From Erysipelotrichaceae bacterium (lineage in GTDB: Bacteria > Bacillota_I > Bacilli_A > RFN20 > CAG-826): a stretch of DNA of 64,000 bases. The notes under the pieces are model-generated. The model saw nothing but the letters and a program-made list of their open reading frames with translations, had not been told where the DNA came from and did no database searches. Where the stretch lies: assembly GCA_034932745.1 (NCBI GenBank), contig JAYFOJ010000003.1:80307-144306 (forward strand), given 5' to 3'. Shown here piece by piece: positions 18,447-28,316 of this stretch (position 1 is the stretch's first letter; each line of letters starts with the position of its first letter). The translations under genes and the position numbers were made by a program.

Positions 18447-19781
18447 ATGGATATTAAAAATGTAAAAGGAACGCACGATATCATCCTCGAAGAGGCTAAG
18501 GCCTACGATAAAATTGAAATGACGATGAAATCTTTTGCGGAAGCTTTTTGTTTTTCTGAATTCAGAACGCCAGTCATTGAACCATCTGAGCTATTTCAAA
18601 GAAGCGTCGGTGAATCTTCTGATGTCGTTAGAAAAGAGATGTACACCTTCCTCGATAAAGGCGATCGTTTATTAGCTTTAAGACCAGAATTTACCGCTGG
18701 AATCGTGAGAAGTTTCGTTAATAACAAATTATATGCAACACGAGATTTACCATTAAAAGCATATTATTCTGGACCAGTATTCCGCTACGAAAGACCACAG
18801 CAAGGAAGATATCGTCAATTCCACCAATTCGGAGTTGAAAGCCTTGGAGTAGAAAACGTCCTTAATGATGTCGAGTCATTATTCCTCGGTTACGTTATCT
18901 TAACCGCTTTAGGTTTAGAGAATGTTACATTGAAGATTAATACATTAGGCGACGCTTCAAGTAGAGAAGCCTATCGAAATGCTTTAAAAGGATATTTCGA
19001 AAGTCATATCAAAGATATGTGTGATGATTGCAAGGTTCGCTATGAAGTCAATCCTTTAAGGATTCTTGACTGCAAAGTGCCTAGTGATCACGAGATTGTT
19101 TTAGGAGCGCCAAAGATGAGCGATTACTTATCTAGCGAAGCTAAAGCAAAGTTTAATAAAGTGTTAATCGCTCTAGATGAAATGAATATTCCTTACGAAA
19201 TCGATGATACATTGGTAAGAGGACTAGATTACTATTCTGAATTAGTCTTCGAATATCACTATACATCGAAAAAAGGTGTCAACTATGGCGCAATTGGTGC
19301 CGGTGGACATTACGATAACTTGGTCGAAGAATTAGATGGGCCAAAAATGGCGGGTGTCGGATTCTCGTTTGGAATCGAAAGAGTCTACTCTGTCTTAAAA
19401 GATGATGGTTTATTAGATGACATCGTCGACGATATCGACATCTATGTCATGCCGCTAAGCGAAAAAGCAAAGAATCAAGCCTTCTATTTAACTTCTGGAC
19501 TAAGAACATCTGGTTATAAAACCGAGATTAATCTAGTCGATTCAAAGATGGCTAATATGTTTAAAAAGGCTGATAGACGTGGTGCTAAGCTTGGAATTAT
19601 CATCGGAGATGATGAAATAGCTAATGGTACTGTTATCGTCAAAGACCTAGCAAAGAAAGAACAAGAAGAAGTAGCGATAGATGATTTACTCGATAAAGTC
19701 GATGCATTCTTCGGCGAAGGTCAAGATGAATGTTGCTGCGGCGATGGCGAATGCCATTGTCACGATCACGAGGGAGAATAA
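18447..19781 (+). CDS. hisS: Histidyl-tRNA synthetase with a Cys/His-rich C-terminal tail
   Basis: Class II motifs; anticodon-binding domain; ends ...GEGQDECCCGDGECHCHDHEGE. Confidence 0.9.
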   Translation: MDIKNVKGTHDIILEEAKAYDKIEMTMKSFAEAFCFSEFRTPVIEPSELFQRSVGESSDVVRKEMYTFLDKGDRLLALRPEFTAGIVRSFVNNKLYATRDLPLKAYYSGPVFRYERPQQGRYRQFHQFGVESLGVENVLNDVESLFLGYVILTALGLENVTLKINTLGDASSREAYRNALKGYFESHIKDMCDDCKVRYEVNPLRILDCKVPSDHEIVLGAPKMSDYLSSEAKAKFNKVLIALDEMNIPYEIDDTLVRGLDYYSELVFEYHYTSKKGVNYGAIGAGGHYDNLVEELDGPKMAGVGFSFGIERVYSVLKDDGLLDDIVDDIDIYVMPLSEKAKNQAFYLTSGLRTSGYKTEINLVDSKMANMFKKADRRGAKLGIIIGDDEIANGTVIVKDLAKKEQEEVAIDDLLDKVDAFFGEGQDECCCGDGECHCHDHEGE

Positions 19782-19784
19782 TAA

Positions 19785-21509
19785 ATGAAAAGAACCTGTT
19801 GGAATACAGAATTATCGATTAAGAATGTCGGTCAAGAAGTTTCATTGATCGGCTGGGTAAGCAAAAGAAGAGATTTAGGCTCGATTGTTTTTATTGACCT
19901 AAGAGACCGCTCTGGAATTATTCAAATCATGGTTAAAGATGGCATTAAAATGCCAGATATCAGAAATGAATACGTAATCAGAGTCGAAGGAAAAGTCAGT
20001 AAGAAAGATATCCCGAATAAGAATCTAAAGACTGGAGATATCGAAATCATCGCCTCTAAAATCGAACTAATCAATACCGCGAATACAACTCCTATCATCA
20101 TAGATGATAAGACGGATGCTCTAGAGGATACGAGACTTAAATATCGTTATCTAGATTTAAGACGTCCAATGATGCAACATTATCTCGACGTTCGTCATTT
20201 GATTAAAATGACAACCCATGAATATCTAAGCAAAGAAAAATTCATCGAAGTAGAGACTCCAATACTTACTCTTTCTACTCCAGAAGGCGCAAGGGAGTAC
20301 TTCGTTCCTTCAAGATTGCATCATGGTTCTTTCTATGCTTTGCCACAAAGCCCACAAATCTTTAAACAATTACTAATGATTGGCGGTCTAGAAAGATATT
20401 ATCAGATTGCTCGTTGCTTTAGAGATGAAGATTTAAGAGCAGATCGTCAGCCAGATTTCACCCAAATCGATATCGAAACCTCGTTCTTGGATCAAGATGA
20501 ATTTCTTACTTTAGCCGAGGGCTTAATCGAAAAGATTTTTAAAACAGTTATTAACTATGATGTAAAACTTCCGCTTAGAAGACTTCCTTATAAGGAAGCA
20601 ATTGAAGTTTATGGTAGTGATAAGCCAGATACTAGATTTGATTTAAAACTCCACGATTGTCTAAAAGTATTAAAGAACTGTGCTTTTGATGGATTTAAAG
20701 ACGTCGAAGACATCAGAGCAATTGTCGTTCCTAATGCCGCTAGTGAGACCTCTCGCAAAGTTATCGATGAGTTAGGGATGGAAGCTAAGAAATTCGGTTT
20801 AAAAGGAATAGTGGTGCTCAAATTTGAAGGTGGAGCTTTACAAGGCAGCTTTGTTAAATTCCTTTCAAGCGAAGAGCAATCTGGACTAATTACTCTTTTA
20901 AACTTAAAAGAGAATGACCTAGTTTTATTATCAGGCGGCCAAAAGGCTCGTGTATGTGCCTTACTAGGAGCATTAAGAACCAGTTATGCCCGCAAACTCA
21001 ATCTTATTAAACCAAATACCTATGACCTATTATGGGTTGTCGATTTCCCATTATTCGAAAAAGAACTCGACACCGGTAAGATAACATCTTCACACCATCC
21101 TTTCACAAGACCGCGCGACGAGGATTTGAAATACCTAGATAGCGATCCAACCAAAGTCTTAAGCTATGCTTATGACATCGTTATAAACGGCTATGAAGCC
21201 GGTGGTGGAACATTAAGAATCTACGACCAAAAGATTCAAAGAAAAATGTTCGAAATTCTTGGATTCTCAGATGATGATATCAAGCGTAAATTCGGGTTCT
21301 TTATCGATGCTTTCCAATATGGAACACCTCCACATGCAGGCATGGCGTTTGGCTTAGATCGATTAACAATGATTCTCAGCGGAACTGACAATATTAGAGA
21401 CGTAATTGCATTCCCTAAGAACCTCGCTGGCGTATGTCCGATGAGTGGTGCACCTTCGACCATTGAACAAAATCAATTAGATGATTTAGGGATTGCTCTT
21501 GTTAAATAA
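19785..21509 (+). CDS. aspS: Aspartyl-tRNA synthetase
   Basis: N-terminal OB domain; FRDEDLRADRQPDFTQID; GLDRLTM; 574 aa. Confidence 0.95.
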   Translation: MKRTCWNTELSIKNVGQEVSLIGWVSKRRDLGSIVFIDLRDRSGIIQIMVKDGIKMPDIRNEYVIRVEGKVSKKDIPNKNLKTGDIEIIASKIELINTANTTPIIIDDKTDALEDTRLKYRYLDLRRPMMQHYLDVRHLIKMTTHEYLSKEKFIEVETPILTLSTPEGAREYFVPSRLHHGSFYALPQSPQIFKQLLMIGGLERYYQIARCFRDEDLRADRQPDFTQIDIETSFLDQDEFLTLAEGLIEKIFKTVINYDVKLPLRRLPYKEAIEVYGSDKPDTRFDLKLHDCLKVLKNCAFDGFKDVEDIRAIVVPNAASETSRKVIDELGMEAKKFGLKGIVVLKFEGGALQGSFVKFLSSEEQSGLITLLNLKENDLVLLSGGQKARVCALLGALRTSYARKLNLIKPNTYDLLWVVDFPLFEKELDTGKITSSHHPFTRPRDEDLKYLDSDPTKVLSYAYDIVINGYEAGGGTLRIYDQKIQRKMFEILGFSDDDIKRKFGFFIDAFQYGTPPHAGMAFGLDRLTMILSGTDNIRDVIAFPKNLAGVCPMSGAPSTIEQNQLDDLGIALVK

Positions 21510-21562
21510 GACAATTACCAAATTATAACTAAAAAACTACTAATTTAAGGAGAAAAAGACAA

Positions 21563-23542
21563 ATGGTAGACAACAAGAACATTGACAATTTATCAATCAC
21601 AACGATTAGATCGCTATGCATTGATGGTATTAACAAGGCCAACTCTGGCCATCCCGGAATGGCTTTAGGAAGTGCTCCGATTCTCTATACTTTATGGACT
21701 AAACATCTCATCGCTAATCCTGACGATCCAACATGGATTAATCGCGACCGTTTTGTCCTTAGCGCTGGTCACGCGAGCATGCTCTTATATACGATGCTTC
21801 ATTTAAGTGGATATCAAGTGACGATGGATGACTTAAAGAGTTTCCGTCAACTTGGTTCAAAGACTCCTGGACATCCAGAATTCGGACACACAATTGGCGT
21901 TGATGCAACGGCTGGGCCTTTAGCCCAAGGTATTGCTCAAGCAGTTGGTATGGCCATGGCTGAACAGGCTTTAGCCGCCCAATATATTGAAGGAAACAAA
22001 CTAGTCGATCACTTCACATACGTATTATGCGGTGATGGTTGCTTAGAAGAAGGATTGTCCCAAGAGGCTATTTCTCTAGCAGGACATCAAAAACTCAATA
22101 AATTAATTCTATTCTACGATGCTAACAAGGTCACACTTGATGGCGGCCTCGATTTATCTTTTTCTGAAAATGTCAAAGGACGTTTTGAAGCTTCGGAATG
22201 GAATGTTATCGAAATATTAGACGGAAATGATATCAATACAATTGATAAAGCAATAATTGAGGCTAAAAAGAGCAAAGATAAACCAACTCTCATTATGGTT
22301 CATACCATTATCGGTTTTGGCTCATCAAAGCAAGGAACTAGTAAAGTACATGGTTCACCTTTAGGAATGGAAGATGGAAAAAAGACCAAAGTCGAAGTAT
22401 ATGGATTTGATCACGAAGACTTCTATGTTCCAACGGAAGTGTATGAAAACTTTAAGAATACTTTCATTAAAAGAGGTCATAAGGCTTACGAGAACTACAA
22501 CAAGACTTTAGATGAATACAAAAAGAAGAATTCGGTTGAGTTAGACAAATTCTTGAGTCTAAAAGACTGGGACGTCACAAAATATCTTCCAGAAGAGATT
22601 CCAGAACTCGTCAAGGGTTCAAGTGAATCGACGAGAAATGCTTCTGGTAAAGCACTAAATGCTTATATGTTATCTATTCCTAACTTAATGGGTGGATCCG
22701 CCGACGTGGCTGGCTCGGTTATGACCAAATTGAATGGCGGGACTAATTTTGAACCGACTACGAGATACGGACACAATATCAACTGGGGCATTCGCGAATT
22801 CGGAATGGCTTGTGCTCAAAACGGCATGCTCCTTCATGGCGGAGTAAGAACATATGTTGGATGTTTCTTAGTCTTTGCTGATTATATGAAGTCTGCTATT
22901 AGAACGGCTTGCTTAAGCAAGTTACCAGCAATTTACTTATTCTCGCACGATAGTATTGCTGTTGGTGAAGATGGTCCAACCCATCAACCAATCGAACACT
23001 TAGCGATGCTTCGTTCCTTGCCAAATATTAATGTCATTCGTCCATGTGATGAAAGAGAGACATACACAGCTTGGAAGATTGCTTTAAAGAGCAAGCATAC
23101 GCCTTCGGCGCTCGCTTTATCTCGTCAAAACTTGCCATTACTCGACGGATCATCAGATGAAGGTGCAAGTAAGGGCGGATATATAATCTCCAAAGAACAC
23201 AAGAATGCCGTCATCGACGTCATCGCTACTGGTAGTGAAGTTTCACTAGCGGTTGCGGCTCAAAAGAAACTATTAGAGGAAGGCATCGATGTTAGAGTCA
23301 TCTCAATGCCATGTATAGAAATATTTGACAGTCAAAGCGAAGCTTACAAGAACGAAGTGCTTCACCTTCCATATGAAAAACGAGTATCGATTGAAATGTT
23401 GTCGACATTCGGTTGGGCGAGATTAGCAAAATTCAACATGGGTATTGATACCTTTGGAACTTCGGCTCCTGCCAAAGCAGCAATTGAACACTTTGGATTT
23501 ACGGTCGACAAAGCCGTCGAATTCATCAAAAAAGCGATTTAA
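21563..23542 (+). CDS. tkt: Transketolase
   Basis: GHPGMALG thiamine-diphosphate motif; 659 aa. Confidence 0.9.
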   Translation: MVDNKNIDNLSITTIRSLCIDGINKANSGHPGMALGSAPILYTLWTKHLIANPDDPTWINRDRFVLSAGHASMLLYTMLHLSGYQVTMDDLKSFRQLGSKTPGHPEFGHTIGVDATAGPLAQGIAQAVGMAMAEQALAAQYIEGNKLVDHFTYVLCGDGCLEEGLSQEAISLAGHQKLNKLILFYDANKVTLDGGLDLSFSENVKGRFEASEWNVIEILDGNDINTIDKAIIEAKKSKDKPTLIMVHTIIGFGSSKQGTSKVHGSPLGMEDGKKTKVEVYGFDHEDFYVPTEVYENFKNTFIKRGHKAYENYNKTLDEYKKKNSVELDKFLSLKDWDVTKYLPEEIPELVKGSSESTRNASGKALNAYMLSIPNLMGGSADVAGSVMTKLNGGTNFEPTTRYGHNINWGIREFGMACAQNGMLLHGGVRTYVGCFLVFADYMKSAIRTACLSKLPAIYLFSHDSIAVGEDGPTHQPIEHLAMLRSLPNINVIRPCDERETYTAWKIALKSKHTPSALALSRQNLPLLDGSSDEGASKGGYIISKEHKNAVIDVIATGSEVSLAVAAQKKLLEEGIDVRVISMPCIEIFDSQSEAYKNEVLHLPYEKRVSIEMLSTFGWARLAKFNMGIDTFGTSAPAKAAIEHFGFTVDKAVEFIKKAI

Positions 23543-23623
23543 TTCATTAACTTTTATAAAAGCGGTGGGTTTATTCCATCGCTTTTAATTTACAATTTAT
23601 TGCTAATTATTAAAGTTATTAGT

Positions 23624-23652
23624 TTGCATGATTACTATATATAAAATATAAT
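23624..23652 (+). promoter_or_regulatory. Promoter
   Basis: TTGCAT, 17 nt, TATAAT. Confidence 0.5.
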
Positions 23653-23671
23653 AATCACGAGGAAAAGACTG

Positions 23672-24013
23672 ATGGCAGAATATGTATATATCGATAACCT
23701 AGCGAAAAAAGGAACGATTGGAATATCAAATTTAGTTTTTGAATCGATTGTTTGTGATGCGATTAATAAAATTCCTGGCATTACGGAATCGAGTAAGCGA
23801 CTTAAGAGAAATCAAAAGATTCGTTTGAATAGACCAGTTAGAACATATATAAGAAGCGGTGTCGTTCATATTTGGCTTGCGGTGGATGTGAAAAACGGAA
23901 TCGATGAAAAAGAAACTGTTTCTTTACTCGAAAAAGAGATACACACAGCTTTAGATACTGCAACCGAACAAGTTCCATATGATATCGAGATTAAAATCGA
24001 AAGGCGATACTAG
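23672..24013 (+). CDS. Asp23/Gls24-family envelope stress protein
   Basis: MAEYVYIDNLAKKGTIGISNLVFESIVCDAINKIPGI matches the Asp23/DUF322 N-terminal pattern; position equals B. subtilis yqhY upstream of nusB. Confidence 0.6.
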   Translation: MAEYVYIDNLAKKGTIGISNLVFESIVCDAINKIPGITESSKRLKRNQKIRLNRPVRTYIRSGVVHIWLAVDVKNGIDEKETVSLLEKEIHTALDTATEQVPYDIEIKIERRY

Positions 24014-24022
24014 TTTTCATAA

Positions 24023-24607
24023 ATGAAAAATATAGCGAATAAGAAAAAAGAAAAAAAACCATTAACCTATGCCGAAGCCCACAACAAAGCGTTCTGGGCT
24101 TTTCATAAGTCATCGAGAATTATGATTTGGGCAGGTGTTTTAAATGTTGCTGGTCTAATAGTGGGAATTGTTCAAAGATTTACAGAAGCACTTGAACCGG
24201 CTTTCTTTATCACCGATACATACTTATCTTCAAAACTCGGCGGAAGTTTCTTCAACTTCTCTCTTTGCTTTTCGACCAATTCATTTGTTTTTAGATTATT
24301 TGAGGCGATGAATTTGGGAGATGTTGGTTTCTTATCGATTATCATCGGAATAGCGATTCTATTCACTGCTGGAGCAGTACTTCTTGGAGTTTTTGCTTCG
24401 CAAGGTAAGAAATGGGCGCTCGTTGGAGAAGTCGTGTTTTATATCTTTGATATGGCGATGATTATCCCTTGCTATTTAATCGGAGAAGCAATTATTTACT
24501 TATGGATCATGATTGGACTCCACGTCATCATATTAGGTTTTCTTGGAGTCGCAATTTATCAATATTACAACCTTTTCACAATCGAAAAGATTTATAAGAA
24601 AGACTGA
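24023..24607 (+). CDS. 4-TM membrane protein, unknown function (possible Asp23 membrane partner)
   Basis: Hydrophobic segments; located between asp23 and nusB. Confidence 0.4.
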   Translation: MKNIANKKKEKKPLTYAEAHNKAFWAFHKSSRIMIWAGVLNVAGLIVGIVQRFTEALEPAFFITDTYLSSKLGGSFFNFSLCFSTNSFVFRLFEAMNLGDVGFLSIIIGIAILFTAGAVLLGVFASQGKKWALVGEVVFYIFDMAMIIPCYLIGEAIIYLWIMIGLHVIILGFLGVAIYQYYNLFTIEKIYKKD

Positions 24608-24619
24608 GGCAAGAACATC

Positions 24620-25027
24620 ATGGAATTGACAAGAAACAAGCAGCACGAAGTGGCGATGAATATTATTTATCAGGCACTGACATATCTAGATATGGGAGAA
24701 GACTTTGACATCAAGGGATTAATCGCGACCAATTTGGATACAACTTTTGAAGATGCAGATATTTACGTAAAGCAAGTTACCGTTTCGGCAATTCTTCATC
24801 GAGAAGAAGCAATAGAGGCCTTTAGTAAGAATCTTAAAAACTGGAAGTTCTCTAGACTTGCAAGATTAATGCAAGCAATCTTATTCTTATCATATTCTCA
24901 TTTTTACTATGTAAAAGACGTCGATAAGAAAGTTGTTATCAATGTCGCTGTCGTCTTATCAAAGAAATATCTGAATGAAACCGATTACAAATTCGTCAAC
25001 GCGATATTGGAGAACACTCTTAAATGA
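24620..25027 (+). CDS. nusB: Transcription antitermination factor NusB
   Basis: NWKFSRLARLMQAILFLSYSH ... KFVNAILENTL matches the NusB pattern; synteny nusB-xseA-xseB-dxs. Confidence 0.7.
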   Translation: MELTRNKQHEVAMNIIYQALTYLDMGEDFDIKGLIATNLDTTFEDADIYVKQVTVSAILHREEAIEAFSKNLKNWKFSRLARLMQAILFLSYSHFYYVKDVDKKVVINVAVVLSKKYLNETDYKFVNAILENTLK

Positions 25028-26163
25028 TTGAAGTGGATATTTCTACTACAGTTACTGAACTGAACGAATACGTTAAAAGGCTCATCGAAAACGATGAGAA
25101 TCTTCGTTACGTCTACGTAAGAGGAGAAATATCGAACTGGAAAATCGCGATGAATGGGCACGCTTACTTTTACCTAAAGGATGATAAGAGCGTAATAAGC
25201 GCAGTCTTATTCAAAGACTACATATCTAAACTATCATTTAAACCAAAAGATGGAGACGAAGTTAAAGCTTTGTGTAGCATAACTGTCTATCCGCCAAGAG
25301 GAACGTACTCGCTTAGAGTGTACGAAATGAGCATCAAAGGTGAAGGGCAGATTCTGGTCGAACTCGAGAAATTAAAGAAACAGCTCCAAAAAGAGGGTCT
25401 CTTTGATGTTTCTCGTAAACGAGAGATAAACATCTATCCAACGGCCATTGGCATTATCACGGCCCTTAATTCAGCGGCGATGAAAGACATCGTTACCAAC
25501 ATTAAAAGACGTTATCCGGTTGCAGATATATATGTTTTCCCATCGGCCGTTCAAGGAGATAATGCTCCAAAAGAACTCTATGAAGCATTCATGAAGTCTC
25601 AGCAATATCCTTTGGATACTCTCATCATTGGACGTGGCGGAGGCGCTAGCGAAGACCTTTCAGCCTTTAATGATGAAAAACTAGTCAGGGCTATTGCCAC
25701 CAGTAAAATGCCAGTTATTGCCGCGGTTGGACACGAAATAGACGTAACTTTAGTCGACTACGTAGCTGATAAAAGAGCAAGCACACCAACTGGAGCGGCA
25801 GAACTCGCGACAGTTGATCAACGCGAAATTCAAGAGCGCTTGAGCAACGCTATAAGCGATATGGAATTATCTTTAAGAAGACAGGTCGAAGACTATCAAG
25901 AAGAAGTTCTTTCTTTGAAAGAAGATATGACTAAATATATTAAAGATAGCATCGAAGATAGAGTTAATACTCTAAAGTATAAGAAGGAACATTTTGTCTC
26001 CCTTAGTCCAAAGAGTATATTAAAAAGAGGGTATTCGATTACTGTAGACGATAAAGGGCAGATAATTAATTCGATTACAAGCCTTTCAAAAGATCAAACG
26101 GTGAAAACCATCGTAAACGATGGATCATTTGATAGCGTGATTGCAAAAATAAAGGAGAATTAA
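25024..26163 (+). CDS. xseA: Exodeoxyribonuclease VII large subunit
   Basis: 379 aa; OB domain plus catalytic region; 4-nt overlap with nusB. Confidence 0.8.
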   Translation: MIEVDISTTVTELNEYVKRLIENDENLRYVYVRGEISNWKIAMNGHAYFYLKDDKSVISAVLFKDYISKLSFKPKDGDEVKALCSITVYPPRGTYSLRVYEMSIKGEGQILVELEKLKKQLQKEGLFDVSRKREINIYPTAIGIITALNSAAMKDIVTNIKRRYPVADIYVFPSAVQGDNAPKELYEAFMKSQQYPLDTLIIGRGGGASEDLSAFNDEKLVRAIATSKMPVIAAVGHEIDVTLVDYVADKRASTPTGAAELATVDQREIQERLSNAISDMELSLRRQVEDYQEEVLSLKEDMTKYIKDSIEDRVNTLKYKKEHFVSLSPKSILKRGYSITVDDKGQIINSITSLSKDQTVKTIVNDGSFDSVIAKIKEN

Positions 26164-26167
26164 GATT

Positions 26168-26368
26168 ATGGCGGAAAATAAAACAAAGAAGGTCAGTTTC
26201 GAAGATAAACTTAAAAGACTCGATCAAATAGTAAAAGCGATAGAGGAGAAGACTTTATCTTTAGATGAGTCGATTAAATTATACGAAGAAGGCTCAAAAA
26301 TAATCGTTGATTTAGAAGCAGCGTTAAAAGAAGCCGAGTCAAAGGTTGAAAGTGTCATTACAAAGTAA
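26168..26368 (+). CDS. xseB: Exodeoxyribonuclease VII small subunit
   Basis: 66 aa coiled coil; immediately after xseA. Confidence 0.8.
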   Translation: MAENKTKKVSFEDKLKRLDQIVKAIEEKTLSLDESIKLYEEGSKIIVDLEAALKEAESKVESVITK

Positions 26369-26379
26369 ATAATATCTTA

Positions 26380-26408
26380 TTAGTCGTTAATTAGTAGAAA
26401 ATTAGTAT
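26380..26408 (+). repeat. Copy A of the recurrent stop-rich 30-nt element
   Basis: TTAGTCGTTAATTAGTAGAAAATTAGTAT, abutting the dxs ATG. Confidence 0.7.
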
Positions 26409-28265
26409 ATGTCAAAGAAGGAATTAAAGCGCATAAAACTCGAAGAAATTGAGAATCCAGACTTCCTTAAAAGTTATAACGACAAGGAGTTGGATCTTTT
26501 AAGCGCAGACATACGCGATTACATAGTAAAGGTGACTTCAAAATACGGTGGGCACTTATCTAGTAATCTCGGCTCTACCGATGCGACTATCGCGATGTGC
26601 AAAGCATTCGACTTTACTAAAGACAAACTACTCTTCGATGTCGGTCACCAATCTTATACATATAAGATATTGACCGGTAGAAGCCTAGATAAGATTAGAC
26701 AAAAAGATGGTCCTAGCGGTTATCAAAGAAGAGCAGAATCTCCTTTTGATCAATTCGAAGCGGGCCATTCATCTACTTCGATTAGTGCCGCTCATGGTAT
26801 GGCGGTGGCGCGTGATTTAAAAGGTGAAAAATATGACATCGTCGCCTTTATAGGCGATGCATCTATCGTTAACGGACTAGCTTTTGAGGGTCTTAATAAC
26901 GTCGCTGGAAGTAATCACAAAATTATTATCGTCTTGAACGACAACGATATGTCCATATCAAAGCCAGTCGGTGGAATGGGGAAGTTCTTTAGAAGTATAT
27001 CGACATCATCTTTATACCTATCCGCAAAGCGGAGTTATAAGAAAATGATGTTCGCTACAAGAGTCGGAATGAAACTATACAATTCGACATTGCACTTTAA
27101 AAATAAAGTGAAACACTTCTTAATACCTACGACATTATTTGATAATCTTGGTTTTACATATATCGGTCCGATTAGCGGACATGACTTCCGTCAAATGGAT
27201 AAGGCTTTCAAGAAAGCCAAGAAGGCTAATAAGTCAGTCGTTATTCACTTGAGAACCAAAAAAGGCTTAGGGTACGACTTAGCTGAAAAAGATGATTCCG
27301 GTCGTTGGCATGGTGTTTCACCATTTAATGTCGAAACTGGCGAATGTTTAAAGAACAACTGTGATTTGACCTGGTCTGAATTTTATTCAGAATTAATAAA
27401 CAAATCTATGGAGAAGCATAAAGACTTAGTAGTCGTTACTCCAGCAACAATTCAAGGTTCCTCGCTTGAAAAAGTATTTACCAATTATCCAGACCGCTCA
27501 ATTGACGTCGGAATAGCAGAAGAACACGCTTTGACTATGTCAAGTGGATTGGCTTTGAATGGAATGCATCCAATTATTTCTATTTATTCGACGTTCCTTC
27601 AAAGAGCCTACGACGAGCTTTCACACGATTTAGCAAGAATGCACTTAGATACAACTATCCTCATCGATCGTTCTGGCTTTGTTGGTCCTGACGGGAAGAC
27701 ACATCAAGGACTATACGATGAATCATTTTTACTTGGAATTCCTGGCGTTACTGTTGCGATGGCTTCTGATAGTTTTACGGCAGAATGTCTTTTTAAGACA
27801 TCTATCGAAAGCAATCGCGGTGTCTTCTGCATTAGATTCCCTAGAGATTACGTATGTGTTTCTAACGAATGCGGACAGACAGGTGAGCTAAAATACGGCA
27901 AATGGATCGAATTACGAAATGGTGGTAAAACAGCAATAGTCGGAGTTGGCCCAAATGTCAGAAATCTTCTAAAAGAAGTTGAAAAGACAAACACCCAAGT
28001 TACGATTTTTGACGCAGTTTATCAATCTCCAATGGACCAAGACGCAATTAAAAAATTATTAGCGTATGACAAAGTCATTATCTATGATTCTTATGCAACG
28101 ATTAATGGCTTCGCAAGTTTGCTTGGTTCAAAACTGATGGAAATGTCTTTTAAAGGCAACCTTATCATCAAAGCGGTGCCACTTGAATTTGTTAGTCACG
28201 CTTCAATTAAAGAGCAAGAAGAGGAGTATTTACTCACACCAAAAGATGTTCTGAAAATTATCTAA
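26409..28265 (+). CDS. dxs: 1-deoxy-D-xylulose-5-phosphate synthase
   Basis: GGHLSSNLG; TPP-binding GDAS...NDN; 618 aa; no SD. Confidence 0.9.
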   Translation: MSKKELKRIKLEEIENPDFLKSYNDKELDLLSADIRDYIVKVTSKYGGHLSSNLGSTDATIAMCKAFDFTKDKLLFDVGHQSYTYKILTGRSLDKIRQKDGPSGYQRRAESPFDQFEAGHSSTSISAAHGMAVARDLKGEKYDIVAFIGDASIVNGLAFEGLNNVAGSNHKIIIVLNDNDMSISKPVGGMGKFFRSISTSSLYLSAKRSYKKMMFATRVGMKLYNSTLHFKNKVKHFLIPTTLFDNLGFTYIGPISGHDFRQMDKAFKKAKKANKSVVIHLRTKKGLGYDLAEKDDSGRWHGVSPFNVETGECLKNNCDLTWSEFYSELINKSMEKHKDLVVVTPATIQGSSLEKVFTNYPDRSIDVGIAEEHALTMSSGLALNGMHPIISIYSTFLQRAYDELSHDLARMHLDTTILIDRSGFVGPDGKTHQGLYDESFLLGIPGVTVAMASDSFTAECLFKTSIESNRGVFCIRFPRDYVCVSNECGQTGELKYGKWIELRNGGKTAIVGVGPNVRNLLKEVEKTNTQVTIFDAVYQSPMDQDAIKKLLAYDKVIIYDSYATINGFASLLGSKLMEMSFKGNLIIKAVPLEFVSHASIKEQEEEYLLTPKDVLKII

Positions 28266-28316
28266 TTTCGATATACTGGTTAACATAATAAAAAATACAT
28301 TATATAATAATGAAGT

